NCBI GenBank assembly: GCA_947452785.1
Contig: CANGDZ010000008.1
Location: forward strand, 1,069 to 65,068
DNA from: Comamonadaceae bacterium
Lineage (GTDB): Bacteria; Pseudomonadota; Gammaproteobacteria; Burkholderiales; Burkholderiaceae_C
Length of the DNA: 64,000 nt
Direction of reading: 5' to 3'
The notes beneath the pieces were generated by a model. The model was not told where the DNA came from. It ran no database searches and was given only the letters and a program-made list of their open reading frames with translations. Below, one piece after another: positions 1 through 9,053 of this stretch; within the stretch, counting starts at the first letter, position 1; every line of letters begins with the position of its first letter. The position numbers and the translations under genes are program-made.

Positions 1-199
1 AAATCAGACTCTCTAAAAACTGCCTCATGATATAACACTGGGTGTTACTAAAAGCACCCATTGATTTTGCAGGAACTGCATTTGCAATCATGCTGTTTCC
101 GCAGACCACGATTTGACCAACTGATGGGGGTAGTGCCGATAGTGCCGAGAGCAGCCCCTTCATTGGGCACGCACTGGTCAAACTGAAATCGGCGCCCAT
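1..199 (-). CDS. hypothetical protein, N-terminal part only (runs off left edge)
   Basis: Own minus-strand translation: ATG at 199, open to position 1 (MGADFSLTSACPMKGLLSALSALPPSVGQIVVCGNSMIANAVPAKSMGAF...). No family recognised. Lies in AT-richer DNA. Confidence 0.2.
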   Translation of the reverse strand, partial: MGADFSLTSACPMKGLLSALSALPPSVGQIVVCGNSMIANAVPAKSMGAFSNTQCYIMRQFLESLI

Positions 200-603
200 G
201 ATCAAATCTTCATCAGCGTCAAAACCGAGTGCCCCAAAAGAGTTCAGTGACTGTGACCCTACAATCGGCCTTGAGCAGCCTGCTGACTTGGGATTTTTAG
301 ATTATTGTTTTCCGAAGATCCGCTTCGTCGCGGTTGCCAACGTACCCACCAAGCTAGAAATTTTTAAAGATTGCCCAACAGCAGTCATCCAGGCGTTTAT
401 TTACTGCTTTGGGGGAATGCCACTCTGGAAAGCACCAAACGGATTGGACCATGGCGCAACATTTTGACGCAGATAAAGATTTGGGATTTTTCATCCAAAA
501 CAATACTCCATTGTTGAGACAACATACTCCCTTGCAAAGAAATTGCGCCTTTTTTTGAAAATAAGTGTGCTGAAAGTGAGCTGATTTGGCTCAAAAAGGC
601 ATG

Positions 604-625
604 AAAAAAGCCCCTCGAGAGGGGC
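604..625 (-). terminator. rho-independent terminator downstream of tRNA-Ser
   Basis: On the minus strand GCCCCT-CTCG-AGGGGC is followed by TTTTTT (complement of 604-609). It sits about 50 nt after the tRNA 3' end. Confidence 0.6.
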
Positions 626-672
626 TCTTGAAGTATTCTAAACAGCTGGGAGGCCGCATGGATACTGGGTTC

Positions 673-765
673 TGGCGGAAACGGAGGGATTCGAACCCTC
701 GATGAGGCTCTACACCCCATACTCCCTTAGCAGGGGAGCACCTTCGGCCACTCGGTCACGTTTCC
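673..765 (-). tRNA. tRNA-Ser (anticodon GCU), class II with long variable arm, CCA encoded
   Basis: Reverse complement reads GGAAACGTGACCGAGTGGCCGAAGGTGCTCCCCTGCTAAGGGAGTATGGGGTGTAGAGCCTCATCGAGGGTTCGAATCCCTCCGTTTCCGCCA. Acceptor stem GGAAACG/CGTTTCC, anticodon loop CTGCTAA, T-loop GGTTCGAATCC. Confidence 0.95.
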
Positions 766-784
766 TGGCAGTCGAAATTATAGC

Positions 785-2047
785 TCAGGCTTGGTCCAGA
801 TCGAAGGCCTTGTGCAGCGCGCGCACGGCCAATTCCATGTATTTCTCGTCGATGACGACCGAGGTTTTGATCTCGGAGGTGGAAATCATTTGGATGTTGA
901 TGCCCTCTTCGCTCAAAGAGCGGAACATTTTGCTGGCCACACCCACATGGCTGCGCATGCCGATGCCGACGATGGAGACTTTGCAAATTTTGGCGTCGCC
1001 CATGACGTCGGCCGCACCCAAGGTGGGCAAGACCTTCTCTTTGAGCAGGTCGATGGTTTTGGTGTAGTCATTGCGGTGTACCGTGAAGCTGAAATCGGTC
1101 TTACCGTCTTTGCTCAGGTTTTGGATGATCACATCGACTTCGATGTTGGCATCGGCCACGGCGCCCAAGATTTGGTAAGCAATGCCGGGCTTGTCGGGCA
1201 CGCCCACCACAGAAATTTTGGCTTCGTCGCGGTTGAACGCGATACCGGAAACAATGGCTTGTTCCATTTTTTCGTCTTCCTCAAAAGTGATCAATGTGCC
1301 TGATTTGGCTTCTTCGTGAATGTCGATGTCCCATGGGGTGAAGCTCGAAAGCACCCGCATCGGCACTTTGTATTTGCCGGCAAACTCCACCGAGCGAATT
1401 TGCAGGACTTTGGAGCCCATGGAGGCCATCTCCATCATCTCTTCAAAACTCACGGTGAGCAGGCGACGGGCTTCAGGCACGACGCGCGGGTCGGTGGTGT
1501 ACACGCCATCCACATCGGTATATATCAGGCATTCGTCGGCCTTCATGGCCGCAGCCACGGCCACAGCCGAGGTGTCCGAGCCGCCGCGACCCAAAGTGGT
1601 GATATTGCCCGCATCGTCCACGCCCTGAAAGCCGGTGACGATCACGACCTTGCCCGCGTTCAGATCTGCCCGCACGCGTGCGTCGTCGATCGATTCGATG
1701 CGCGCCTTGGTGTACGAATCGTTGGTTTTGATGGGCACTTGCCAGCCCGCGTAGCTGACCGAAGGCATGCCTTCTGCTTGCAAGGCAATGGCCAACAGCG
1801 CCGATGAAGCCTGCTCGCCAGTGGCTGCCAAGGCGTCGAGTTCGCGGTGGTAGGCCGAGTCGGCTTTGGTCGGGGCCAGTTCTTTGGCCAGACCCAGCAG
1901 GCGGTTGGTTTCACCGCTCATGGCGCTGGGCACCACCACCATCTGGTGGCCCGCGCGCGCCCATTTGGCGACACGTTTGGCCACGTTGCGTATGCGCTCT
2001 GTCGACCCCATGGAGGTGCCGCCGTATTTATGTACGATCAATGCCAT
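785..2047 (-). CDS. lysC: aspartate kinase
   Basis: 420 aa. N-terminus [14 protein letters not shown], plus [15 protein letters not shown] and two C-terminal ACT-like regions. ATG start confirmed. Confidence 0.95.
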   Translation of the reverse strand: MALIVHKYGGTSMGSTERIRNVAKRVAKWARAGHQMVVVPSAMSGETNRLLGLAKELAPTKADSAYHRELDALAATGEQASSALLAIALQAEGMPSVSYAGWQVPIKTNDSYTKARIESIDDARVRADLNAGKVVIVTGFQGVDDAGNITTLGRGGSDTSAVAVAAAMKADECLIYTDVDGVYTTDPRVVPEARRLLTVSFEEMMEMASMGSKVLQIRSVEFAGKYKVPMRVLSSFTPWDIDIHEEAKSGTLITFEEDEKMEQAIVSGIAFNRDEAKISVVGVPDKPGIAYQILGAVADANIEVDVIIQNLSKDGKTDFSFTVHRNDYTKTIDLLKEKVLPTLGAADVMGDAKICKVSIVGIGMRSHVGVASKMFRSLSEEGINIQMISTSEIKTSVVIDEKYMELAVRALHKAFDLDQA

Positions 2048-2116
2048 TGGTTAATTTTCTAGCTTCAGCAAAACCCAAGATTGTAACGGTTGGCGATCTG
2101 GCCTCGGGTCATCAGG

Positions 2117-3070
2117 TCAGCGCTGCGGCTGCCAATCCACTGCATCGCCCAGGCGCAGCACAAAACCGGCGCCCACTTTCAAATGCAGTTGATGGCCACG
2201 CGTGGTGCAGGCCAAAATTTGCGGCACCAAGGCATCGAGCTGCGCGGTGCTGGGGCTGGTGTGGTGATGCTGACGCAGCCAGTGCCGCAACACATTCACG
2301 CGGCGCGCCGCGCTCAAGGCTTGCAAGGCGGTGATGCGCGGTGGCAAGCCGGTCTGCTGCAAATCGATCTCGGCCAACTCGGCCAAGGCGTCTTGCGCGC
2401 TGGCGCAGTGACTGGCGCTGCGTGCAAAGGTGTCGCGCCACCCGGTAAACGCTGCGTCTAGCGCGGGCAGGACCTGGGCGCGAATACGGTTGCGGGTATA
2501 TCGCGCATCTTGGTTGCTCGGGTCTTCGACCCAGCCCAAGCCTTGCGCCGTAAGCCAATCACGCAACGCGCTACCGGCCACCCGCAACAAAGGCCGGTGC
2601 CAATGAAGGCCGCCACGTGTCCAGGCACTGGGCATGCTGGCCAACCCCGGCAAACCGGCCCCGCGAGACAAGGCGAGCAACAAGGTTTCCACTTGGTCGT
2701 CGGCATGTTGCGCCAGCGCCAAGTTGTGCACACCGGTGAGTAAGGGGTGAGCTGTAACAGCTTGCGTCAAGGCGCTATAGCGGGCAATGCGCGCCGCGTC
2801 TTCGGGGCTTTGCCCCGGAGCATGCCGAGCTTGCACACGGACCACGGCCAAAGGCACCGACAAAACGTTGCAAACCGCTTCGCAATGGGTTTCAAACAAG
2901 TCGGCTGCATTTTGCAAGCCGTGGTGAATATGCACCGCCCTAACCTGCCCCGGCCAGCGCTGCACGCACGCATGGAGCAAGGCGGTGGAGTCGGCGCCGC
3001 CACTCAGTGCCACCGCCAAAGGCAAGCCAGGCGCAAAAGCTTGTAGGGCCTCGGGCAAAGTTTGAGTCAT
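2117..3070 (-). CDS. tilS: tRNA(Ile)-lysidine synthase
   Basis: 317 aa. PP-loop motif LSGGADSTALL near the N-terminus. Conserved accA-tilS-lysC order. Confidence 0.9.
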   Translation of the reverse strand: MTQTLPEALQAFAPGLPLAVALSGGADSTALLHACVQRWPGQVRAVHIHHGLQNAADLFETHCEAVCNVLSVPLAVVRVQARHAPGQSPEDAARIARYSALTQAVTAHPLLTGVHNLALAQHADDQVETLLLALSRGAGLPGLASMPSAWTRGGLHWHRPLLRVAGSALRDWLTAQGLGWVEDPSNQDARYTRNRIRAQVLPALDAAFTGWRDTFARSASHCASAQDALAELAEIDLQQTGLPPRITALQALSAARRVNVLRHWLRQHHHTSPSTAQLDALVPQILACTTRGHQLHLKVGAGFVLRLGDAVDWQPQR

Positions 3071-3118
3071 GAGGTCACGCCAGACTCGAAACCCAGCAGG
3101 GCCAAGGGTTGAGCCTTG

Positions 3119-4093
3119 CTATTTGCCAGATTTGGTGTCGGTAAAACGGCCATAACTATTCAGACGGTCGTAGCGGCGTTCGATCAAGTCTTTGACCTTC
3201 AAGTCCGCCACTTGGCGCCAGGACTCGGCCAAGGCGCGCTTCAAAAAGGCGGCCATTTGCGCGTGGTCACGGTGCGCGCCGCCCACGGGTTCGCTGACGA
3301 TTTTGTCCACCAAGTTTAGTGCCTTAAGGCGGTGCGCAGTGATGCCCAGGGCTTCGGCCGCATCTTCGGCTTTGTCTGCAGTTTTCCACAAAATCGAGGC
3401 ACAGCCTTCGGGGCTGATAACGGAATACACCGCGTACTGCAGCATCAGCACCGCATCACCCACCGAGATGGCCAAAGCGCCACCGGAGCCGCCTTCGCCA
3501 ATGATGGTGGTGATGATGGGCACTTCGAGTTGCGCCATTTCATAAATGTTGCGGCCAATCGCTTCAGACTGACTGCGCTCTTCGGCGTCAATGCCGGGGT
3601 AGGCACCGGGCGTGTCGACAAAGGTAAACACAGGCAATTTGAATTTCTCTGCGGTCTTCATCAAGCGCAGCGCTTTGCGGTAGCCCTCGGGCTTGCACAT
3701 GCCAAAGTTGCGCAAGGTGCGCTCTTTGGTATCACGCCCTTTTTGGTGACCGATCACCATACAGGCTTGGCCGTTGAAGCGCGCCAAACCGCCCACGATG
3801 GACAGGTCGTCGGCGAAGTGTCGGTCGCCGTGCATTTCCACAAAATCAGTAAAGATGTCGTTGATGTAGTCCAGCGTGTAAGGCCGCTCGGGGTGACGCG
3901 CGATCTTGGTGATCTGCCAAGGGGTCAGATCACTGTAGATGTCTTTGGTGAGCTGCTGGCTTTTTTTGCTCAGCTGATCGATTTCTTCCGAAATGTCAAC
4001 AGCCGACTCGGTTTGCACATAGCGCAACTCTTCGATCTTGGCTTCGAGTTCGGCAACGGGTTGCTCAAAATCGAGAAACGTTCTTTTGGCCAA
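3119..4093 (-). CDS. accA: acetyl-CoA carboxylase carboxyltransferase subunit alpha
   Basis: Typical AccA sequence ([19 protein letters not shown]..., [10 protein letters not shown]). The ORF track extends to ATG 4141. A TTG at 4093 preceded by GAGGAG (complement of 4100-4105) gives the canonical N-terminus and about 324 aa. Confidence 0.9.
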   Translation of the reverse strand: MAKRTFLDFEQPVAELEAKIEELRYVQTESAVDISEEIDQLSKKSQQLTKDIYSDLTPWQITKIARHPERPYTLDYINDIFTDFVEMHGDRHFADDLSIVGGLARFNGQACMVIGHQKGRDTKERTLRNFGMCKPEGYRKALRLMKTAEKFKLPVFTFVDTPGAYPGIDAEERSQSEAIGRNIYEMAQLEVPIITTIIGEGGSGGALAISVGDAVLMLQYAVYSVISPEGCASILWKTADKAEDAAEALGITAHRLKALNLVDKIVSEPVGGAHRDHAQMAAFLKRALAESWRQVADLKVKDLIERRYDRLNSYGRFTDTKSGK

Positions 4094-4159
4094 GGGGGAC
4101 TCCTCTTTCAGTGCACGACCCCTGGGGGCAGTGCCATTCACAATTCAATTCACGACCGG

Positions 4160-4816
4160 TCAATAAGCGACGGGAACGGGGTCGAGAGACCGCCAAATAT
4201 ACCAAGTCGCGACGGTGCAGTAGGGTTTCCAGGCTTGAGCGACCTCGCGCGCATCGCTGCGGCTGACCGGTTCACCCGAAAAATAGTTGTGACTGATGCC
4301 GTTGATCAAGCCCACGTCGTCGAGTGGCAGCACGTTGGGGCGCATCAAGTAAAACATCAAAAACATCTCCGCCGTCCATCGGCCAATGCCTCGGATGGCG
4401 ACCAATTCATCAATAATGGCCTCGTCGTCCATGTCCACCCATTTGGTGACATGCACCTGTTTGGATGAAAAATGCAGCGCCAAGTCCACCAAATACTCGA
4501 CCTTGCGCACAGACAAACCGGCGGCGCGCATATCGTCCACTTTCAGTTTGAGTACGCCGCCTGGGGTGATTTTTTTGGACAACGCGGCAAAACGATCCCA
4601 CACGGTTTGCGCCGCCTTGACCGAGATTTGCTGACCCACAATGCTGCGCGCCAGGGTGACAAAGGCATCGCCCCGCGATTGCAAACAAGCATCGCCAAAC
4701 TGCGGAATCAAGCGTTTCATCACACGGTCTTTTTTAACCAGGTGTTGGCAGGCTTGCGCCCAGTACTCGGGCGTGACGATCACGGGCTCGGTGGCTTTCA
4801 CGACGACGCCTCCCAA
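4160..4816 (-). CDS. DNA-3-methyladenine glycosylase II family (HhH-GPD) protein
   Basis: 218 aa with helix-hairpin-helix region [18 protein letters not shown] and the downstream Asp of the HhH-GPD fold. The track start is a TTG that overlaps the cysS 3' end by 19 nt, so the true start may be a few codons downstream. Confidence 0.75.
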   Translation of the reverse strand: MGGVVVKATEPVIVTPEYWAQACQHLVKKDRVMKRLIPQFGDACLQSRGDAFVTLARSIVGQQISVKAAQTVWDRFAALSKKITPGGVLKLKVDDMRAAGLSVRKVEYLVDLALHFSSKQVHVTKWVDMDDEAIIDELVAIRGIGRWTAEMFLMFYLMRPNVLPLDDVGLINGISHNYFSGEPVSRSDAREVAQAWKPYCTVATWYIWRSLDPVPVAY

Positions 4817-6183
4817 GTGGTGCCAGTAGGCGAATCCTTCAGGGCAATACCTTGGACCAGCAGGTCTTGGCGAATGCGGTCGGCCTCGGCAAAGTTTTTG
4901 GCCCCCTTGGCCGCTGCGCGGGCCTGGATCTGCAGCTGAATGGCGGCGTCGTCGAGCACGCTACCTGACTGCAAAAAGCTTTGCGGATCGCCTTGCAGCA
5001 ATCCCAAAATACCACCCAAGGCCTTGAGCAAACCGGCCAAAGCAGCGGATTGGCTGCGGTTGACTTCGCTGGCGAGGTCAAACAACACCGCCACGGCCTC
5101 GGGGGTGCCAAAGTCTTCGTTCATCGCGGATTGAAAGCGCGCAGCAAAAGGGTGAGTCCAATCGATGGTTACTGCATCGGCGGCCACGCTGTGCAAGGCG
5201 GTGTACATGCGCTTCAAGGCGCCACGGGCGTCGTCCAAATGCACATTGGAGTAATTCAGAGGGCTGCGGTAGTGGCTGCGCACCACAAAAAAGCGCACGG
5301 TTTCGGCGTCATAGGTCTTGAGCACATCGCGGATCGTGAAAAAGTTGCCCAAGCTTTTGGACATTTTTTCATTGTCGATGTTGATGAAGCCGTTGTGCAT
5401 CCAAACCTTGGCCAAAGGTTGGCCGTTGGCGCCTTCGGACTGGGCGATCTCGTTTTCGTGGTGCGGAAACTGCAAATCAGCGCCGCCGCCGTGAATGTCA
5501 AAGGTTTCGCCCAGCAGCTCGCAGCTCATGGCCGAGCACTCGATGTGCCAACCCGGACGACCGGCGCCAAAAGGGCTGGCCCATTTCACATCGTCAGGTT
5601 CAGTGGGCTTGGCCGATTTCCACAGCACAAAGTCCAGCGGGTCTTGTTTGCCGCCCTCTTCGTGGCTGACCGCCACGCGTTCACCCGCGTTCAATTCGTC
5701 TAACGACTTGCCCGACAACTTGCCGTAACCGGGGAACTTGCGCACGGCAAAGTTCACATCGCCATTGCCTGCGCGATACGCCAAGCCTTTTTGCTCCAAC
5801 GTGCCGATCATGGCCAGCATGTGCGGCACGTAGTCGGTGGCGCGCGGCTCAAACTGAGGCCGCTCGATACCCAAGGCATCGGCGTCTTGGTGCAGGGCAT
5901 CGATCATGCGATCGGTCAAGCTGCGGATGGTTTCGCCGTTTTCAACGGCGCGCTTGATGATCTTGTCGTCAATGTCGGTGACGTTGCGAACGTAAGTGAC
6001 CTTCAAGCCGCTGGCCTTGAGCCAACGCTGGACCACATCAAAGGCCACCATGGACCGCGCATGCCCCAAGTGGCACAGGTCGTACACCGTCATGCCGCAC
6101 ACGTACATGCGCACATGACCGGGTTCGGCAGGGGTGAAATCGACCACGTCACGCGAAAGCGTGTTGTAAATGCGCAAGCTCAT
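4798..6183 (-). CDS. cysS: cysteine--tRNA ligase
   Basis: [18 protein letters not shown]...[16 protein letters not shown] (HIGH-type motif) and KMSKS. Start re-set to ATG 6183 (461 aa). The 92 codons upstream in the track are R/G/W-rich and not CysS-like. Confidence 0.95.
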   Translation of the reverse strand: MSLRIYNTLSRDVVDFTPAEPGHVRMYVCGMTVYDLCHLGHARSMVAFDVVQRWLKASGLKVTYVRNVTDIDDKIIKRAVENGETIRSLTDRMIDALHQDADALGIERPQFEPRATDYVPHMLAMIGTLEQKGLAYRAGNGDVNFAVRKFPGYGKLSGKSLDELNAGERVAVSHEEGGKQDPLDFVLWKSAKPTEPDDVKWASPFGAGRPGWHIECSAMSCELLGETFDIHGGGADLQFPHHENEIAQSEGANGQPLAKVWMHNGFINIDNEKMSKSLGNFFTIRDVLKTYDAETVRFFVVRSHYRSPLNYSNVHLDDARGALKRMYTALHSVAADAVTIDWTHPFAARFQSAMNEDFGTPEAVAVLFDLASEVNRSQSAALAGLLKALGGILGLLQGDPQSFLQSGSVLDDAAIQLQIQARAAAKGAKNFAEADRIRQDLLVQGIALKDSPTGTTWEASS

Positions 6184-6449
6184 GAAAACCAAAAACCATT
6201 GACTTGAAGTAAAAGAAAGGCGGACTCTGCCATGAGGAACCGCCCAGCGTGAACGCAGGACCCAGACCATGGGTCTACCCTCCGCTACAATTTCCCTCAG
6301 TATAAGGCCCTGAACCGCGCAGACCAGGCGGGTATTCACTGCTTGATCTCTCCGCCATTGACCTGCCCAGCCCCTGACCCACTTCCATGCACGACCACCT
6401 TCTGCGTCCTGATCCTGATCTCCACCCCCCCCACGGCGGCGGTGGACGA

Positions 6450-6977
6450 GTGGGCTCATTCGCCCTGCGCGGCGTGTTGATGAGCTGGATGGCCCTGGTC
6501 TCCTGCGCCGCCCTGGCCGACGTGTACACCGAGGTCAACGACAAAATCAGCTCCAGCCAGTGGGCCGCAGCGCAAACCTTGATTGATCGGCAATTGCAAA
6601 AGCAACCGGCCGACCCGCAAATCCGCCTGATGCAAAGCCAGATGCAGACCGCGCAAGGCCAAACCGCACAGGCCATCGAAACCCTGCAGGGGCTGACGCA
6701 GGAGTTCCCCGAACTGCCTGAGCCCTACAACAATTTGGCCGTTTTGTATGCTGGACAACAACGCTTTGACGAGGCTTTGACTGCCTTGACACTGGCCGTG
6801 CGCGCTCGCCCCGACTACAGTTTGGCGCTGGAGAATTTGGGCGATATGCACATTGCGCTGGCCCGGCAGGCCTATCTCAAAGCCAAGAACTTGCCCTCCC
6901 AAGGTCCTTTGATGGGCACACGCCTGGAGAGCAAAATTCAACTTTCAGGGCAATTGCTACAACCCACCAAGCCCTGA
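6450..6977 (+). CDS. tetratricopeptide-repeat protein with signal peptide
   Basis: TPR-like helices ([42 protein letters not shown]). GTG 6450 gives an N-terminus [26 protein letters not shown] resembling a signal peptide. Alternative starts are 6387 (ATG) and 6480 (ATG). Confidence 0.6.
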   Translation: MGSFALRGVLMSWMALVSCAALADVYTEVNDKISSSQWAAAQTLIDRQLQKQPADPQIRLMQSQMQTAQGQTAQAIETLQGLTQEFPELPEPYNNLAVLYAGQQRFDEALTALTLAVRARPDYSLALENLGDMHIALARQAYLKAKNLPSQGPLMGTRLESKIQLSGQLLQPTKP

Positions 6978-7011
6978 ACCCCTTTATTAACCGTTTGCGC
7001 CAACCTTGCCC

Positions 7012-7680
7012 ATGAAAATCTCCACTCTTTGCCTTTCGGCACTGTTGTCCCTGACCATGCTTGCAGCACATGCGCAAGACATCGCGCGCGTCAAAATCGT
7101 CACCTCCGAGGGTGAGATCGTGGCCGAGTTGTACCCAACCAAAGCGCCCAAAACCGTGGCCAATTTTTTGCAATATGTCAAAGACAAGCATTACGACGGG
7201 ACTGTTTTTCACCGGGTGATCAGCAGCTTCATGGTGCAAGGCGGCGGCTTTGACACCAAATACACAGAGCGCAAGACACGCCCCCCCGTGGCGCACGAAG
7301 GCCGTGAGAGCCTGGCCGCCGGTCTGAGAAACCAAATCGGCACTCTCGCTATGGCGCGGACCAACGACCCGCAATCGGCCACAGCGCAGTTCTTCATCAA
7401 CGTGACTGACAACGCTTTTTTGGACCCCACGCCGATTCCCGAGGGCGATCCAGTCAAGCGCTTTGAATACCAAGGCCGCACGTATGACAACGTGACACGC
7501 GCCAACTTGCTCAATGCCCCACAACTTTTCGGATATACCGTTTTTGGCAAAGTCGTGTCCGGCATGGACGTGGTTCAAAAAATCAAATCTGCCCCCACCG
7601 GTGCGGGCGGCCCTTTTCCTTCCGACGTTCCCAAGACGCCGATCCTCATCAACTCCATCACTCTTTTGAAAACACCATGA
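7012..7680 (+). CDS. ppiA: peptidyl-prolyl cis-trans isomerase, periplasmic cyclophilin type
   Basis: Signal peptide [23 protein letters not shown], then cyclophilin motifs ([25 protein letters not shown]). The track start 7006 is a TTG two codons upstream. Confidence 0.9.
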   Translation: MKISTLCLSALLSLTMLAAHAQDIARVKIVTSEGEIVAELYPTKAPKTVANFLQYVKDKHYDGTVFHRVISSFMVQGGGFDTKYTERKTRPPVAHEGRESLAAGLRNQIGTLAMARTNDPQSATAQFFINVTDNAFLDPTPIPEGDPVKRFEYQGRTYDNVTRANLLNAPQLFGYTVFGKVVSGMDVVQKIKSAPTGAGGPFPSDVPKTPILINSITLLKTP

Positions 7681-8183
7681 GCAATCCCCAAGTCGAACTG
7701 CACATTGCAGACCTAGGCATCATCACCATCGAACTCGATGCCGAAAATGCGCCCAAAAGCACCGCTAACTTTTTGAGCTATGTGGCCAAAGGCCATTACG
7801 ACAATACCGTTTTTCACCGTGTGATTCCCGGCTTTATGGTGCAAGGCGGCGGTTTTGAGCCCGGTATGACGCAAAAACCAACGGACGCACCCATCGACAA
7901 CGAAGCCAATAACGGCGTGAAGAACAACAACTACACCCTGGCCATGGCGCGCACGCAGGCGCCGCACTCGGCCACTGCGCAGTTCTTCATCAACGTGTCT
8001 GACAATGAATTTTTGAACCACACCGCGCCCTCGCTGCAAGGCTGGGGTTACGCCGTGTTTGGCAAAGTGATCAAGGGCACGGAGATCGTGGACCAGATCA
8101 AAGCGGTCCCCACTGGTCGCAAAGGCTTTCATGACGACGTGCCTAAAGAAGACGTGATCATTCAAAAAGCCGTGGCCATCTGA
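7677..8183 (+). CDS. ppiB: peptidyl-prolyl cis-trans isomerase B, cytoplasmic cyclophilin
   Basis: 168 aa with [15 protein letters not shown] and [14 protein letters not shown] start/stop overlap with ppiA. Confidence 0.9.
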   Translation: MSNPQVELHIADLGIITIELDAENAPKSTANFLSYVAKGHYDNTVFHRVIPGFMVQGGGFEPGMTQKPTDAPIDNEANNGVKNNNYTLAMARTQAPHSATAQFFINVSDNEFLNHTAPSLQGWGYAVFGKVIKGTEIVDQIKAVPTGRKGFHDDVPKEDVIIQKAVAI

Positions 8184-8190
8184 ACTGCTG

Positions 8191-8985
8191 ATGACATCGA
8201 CCGCTTCGCCTGTGTCGCAGTTGCAAGCGCCTGCGACTTGGCGCACGGTCGACCTGATTTCAGACCTGCATTTGCAGGCCAGCGAACCTGAGACTTTTGC
8301 CGTTTGGCAGCGTTATATGGATCACACCCCGGCCGATGCGGTGCTCATCCTGGGTGATTTGTTCGAGCTCTGGGTGGGTGACGATGCGGTTGCGCAAAGC
8401 CCTTTTTTGCAGTCTTGTGCAGAGGTGCTGAAAAACGCCGGCCAACGCCGGTACCTGGGCTTGATGCATGGGAACCGGGATTTCTTGATCAGCGAGTCTT
8501 TTGTTCAGGACTGCTACGCTCATTTTTTGGACGACCCCACGGTGTTGCGCTTTGGCCAGGCCTCCTGGCTGCTCAGCCACGGCGACGCTTTGTGCCTGGC
8601 CGATGTGGCCTACCAACAGTTTCGCCGCCTGGTCCGCATGCCCGAATGGCGCAGCGACTTTTTAAAGCAGCCCTTGGCCCAGCGGCAGGCGGTGGCGCGC
8701 GGCATTCGCGATGAGAGCGAAGCGCGAAAGCGCTTGGGGTCTGCAGAGCTCTATGCCGACGCGGACAGCACTCTGTGTCAAAGCTGGCTGACCCAGGCCG
8801 GCGCTCACACCTTGATTCACGGTCACACCCATCAAGCGGCCGATCATCGACTGCCTGGCGATGCCTCAGGACAACCCCAAAGGCGTTGGGTGCTGAGCGA
8901 CTGGGATGCGAGTGCACAGCCCCCTAGAGCCCAGGTGCTCAGGTTGTTTGAAAACGGCCAGCATGAACGCATTGATGTGGTCTGA
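8191..8985 (+). CDS. lpxH: UDP-2,3-diacylglucosamine diphosphatase
   Basis: Calcineurin-like metallophosphoesterase motifs in LpxH order: SDLHL, GDLFELWVGDD, GNRDFL, HGD, GHTH. Confidence 0.9.
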   Translation: MTSTASPVSQLQAPATWRTVDLISDLHLQASEPETFAVWQRYMDHTPADAVLILGDLFELWVGDDAVAQSPFLQSCAEVLKNAGQRRYLGLMHGNRDFLISESFVQDCYAHFLDDPTVLRFGQASWLLSHGDALCLADVAYQQFRRLVRMPEWRSDFLKQPLAQRQAVARGIRDESEARKRLGSAELYADADSTLCQSWLTQAGAHTLIHGHTHQAADHRLPGDASGQPQRRWVLSDWDASAQPPRAQVLRLFENGQHERIDVV

Positions 8986-9005
8986 GCCTAACTGAGCTGA
9001 TGACA

Positions 9006-9044
9006 GACAACAAAATGGCCGCATATTGCGGCCATTTTGTTGTC
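9006..9044. terminator. bidirectional hairpin terminator between convergent lpxH and the DUF349 gene
   Basis: Perfect 18-bp inverted repeat GACAACAAAATGGCCGCA / TGCGGCCATTTTGTTGTC with a 3-nt loop (TAT). Confidence 0.6.
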
Positions 9045-9053
9045 GACGAGCGC

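Noticed and set aside
198-467. 89-aa plus-strand ORF in the AT-rich left end
   Set aside because: There is no recognisable family, no convincing RBS, and it abuts the start of the opposite-strand partial ORF with zero spacing. I cannot support it as a gene, but it is worth re-examining once the left flank is available.
397-720. 107-aa minus-strand ORF
   Set aside because: It overlaps the tRNA-Ser gene and its terminator and has no coding signature.
6184-6459. 92-codon N-terminal extension of the cysS ORF in the track
   Set aside because: The extension is Arg/Gly/Trp-rich and unlike any CysS. The canonical N-terminus MSLRIYNTL starts at ATG 6183. The extension would also run through the divergent TPR-gene promoter and start.
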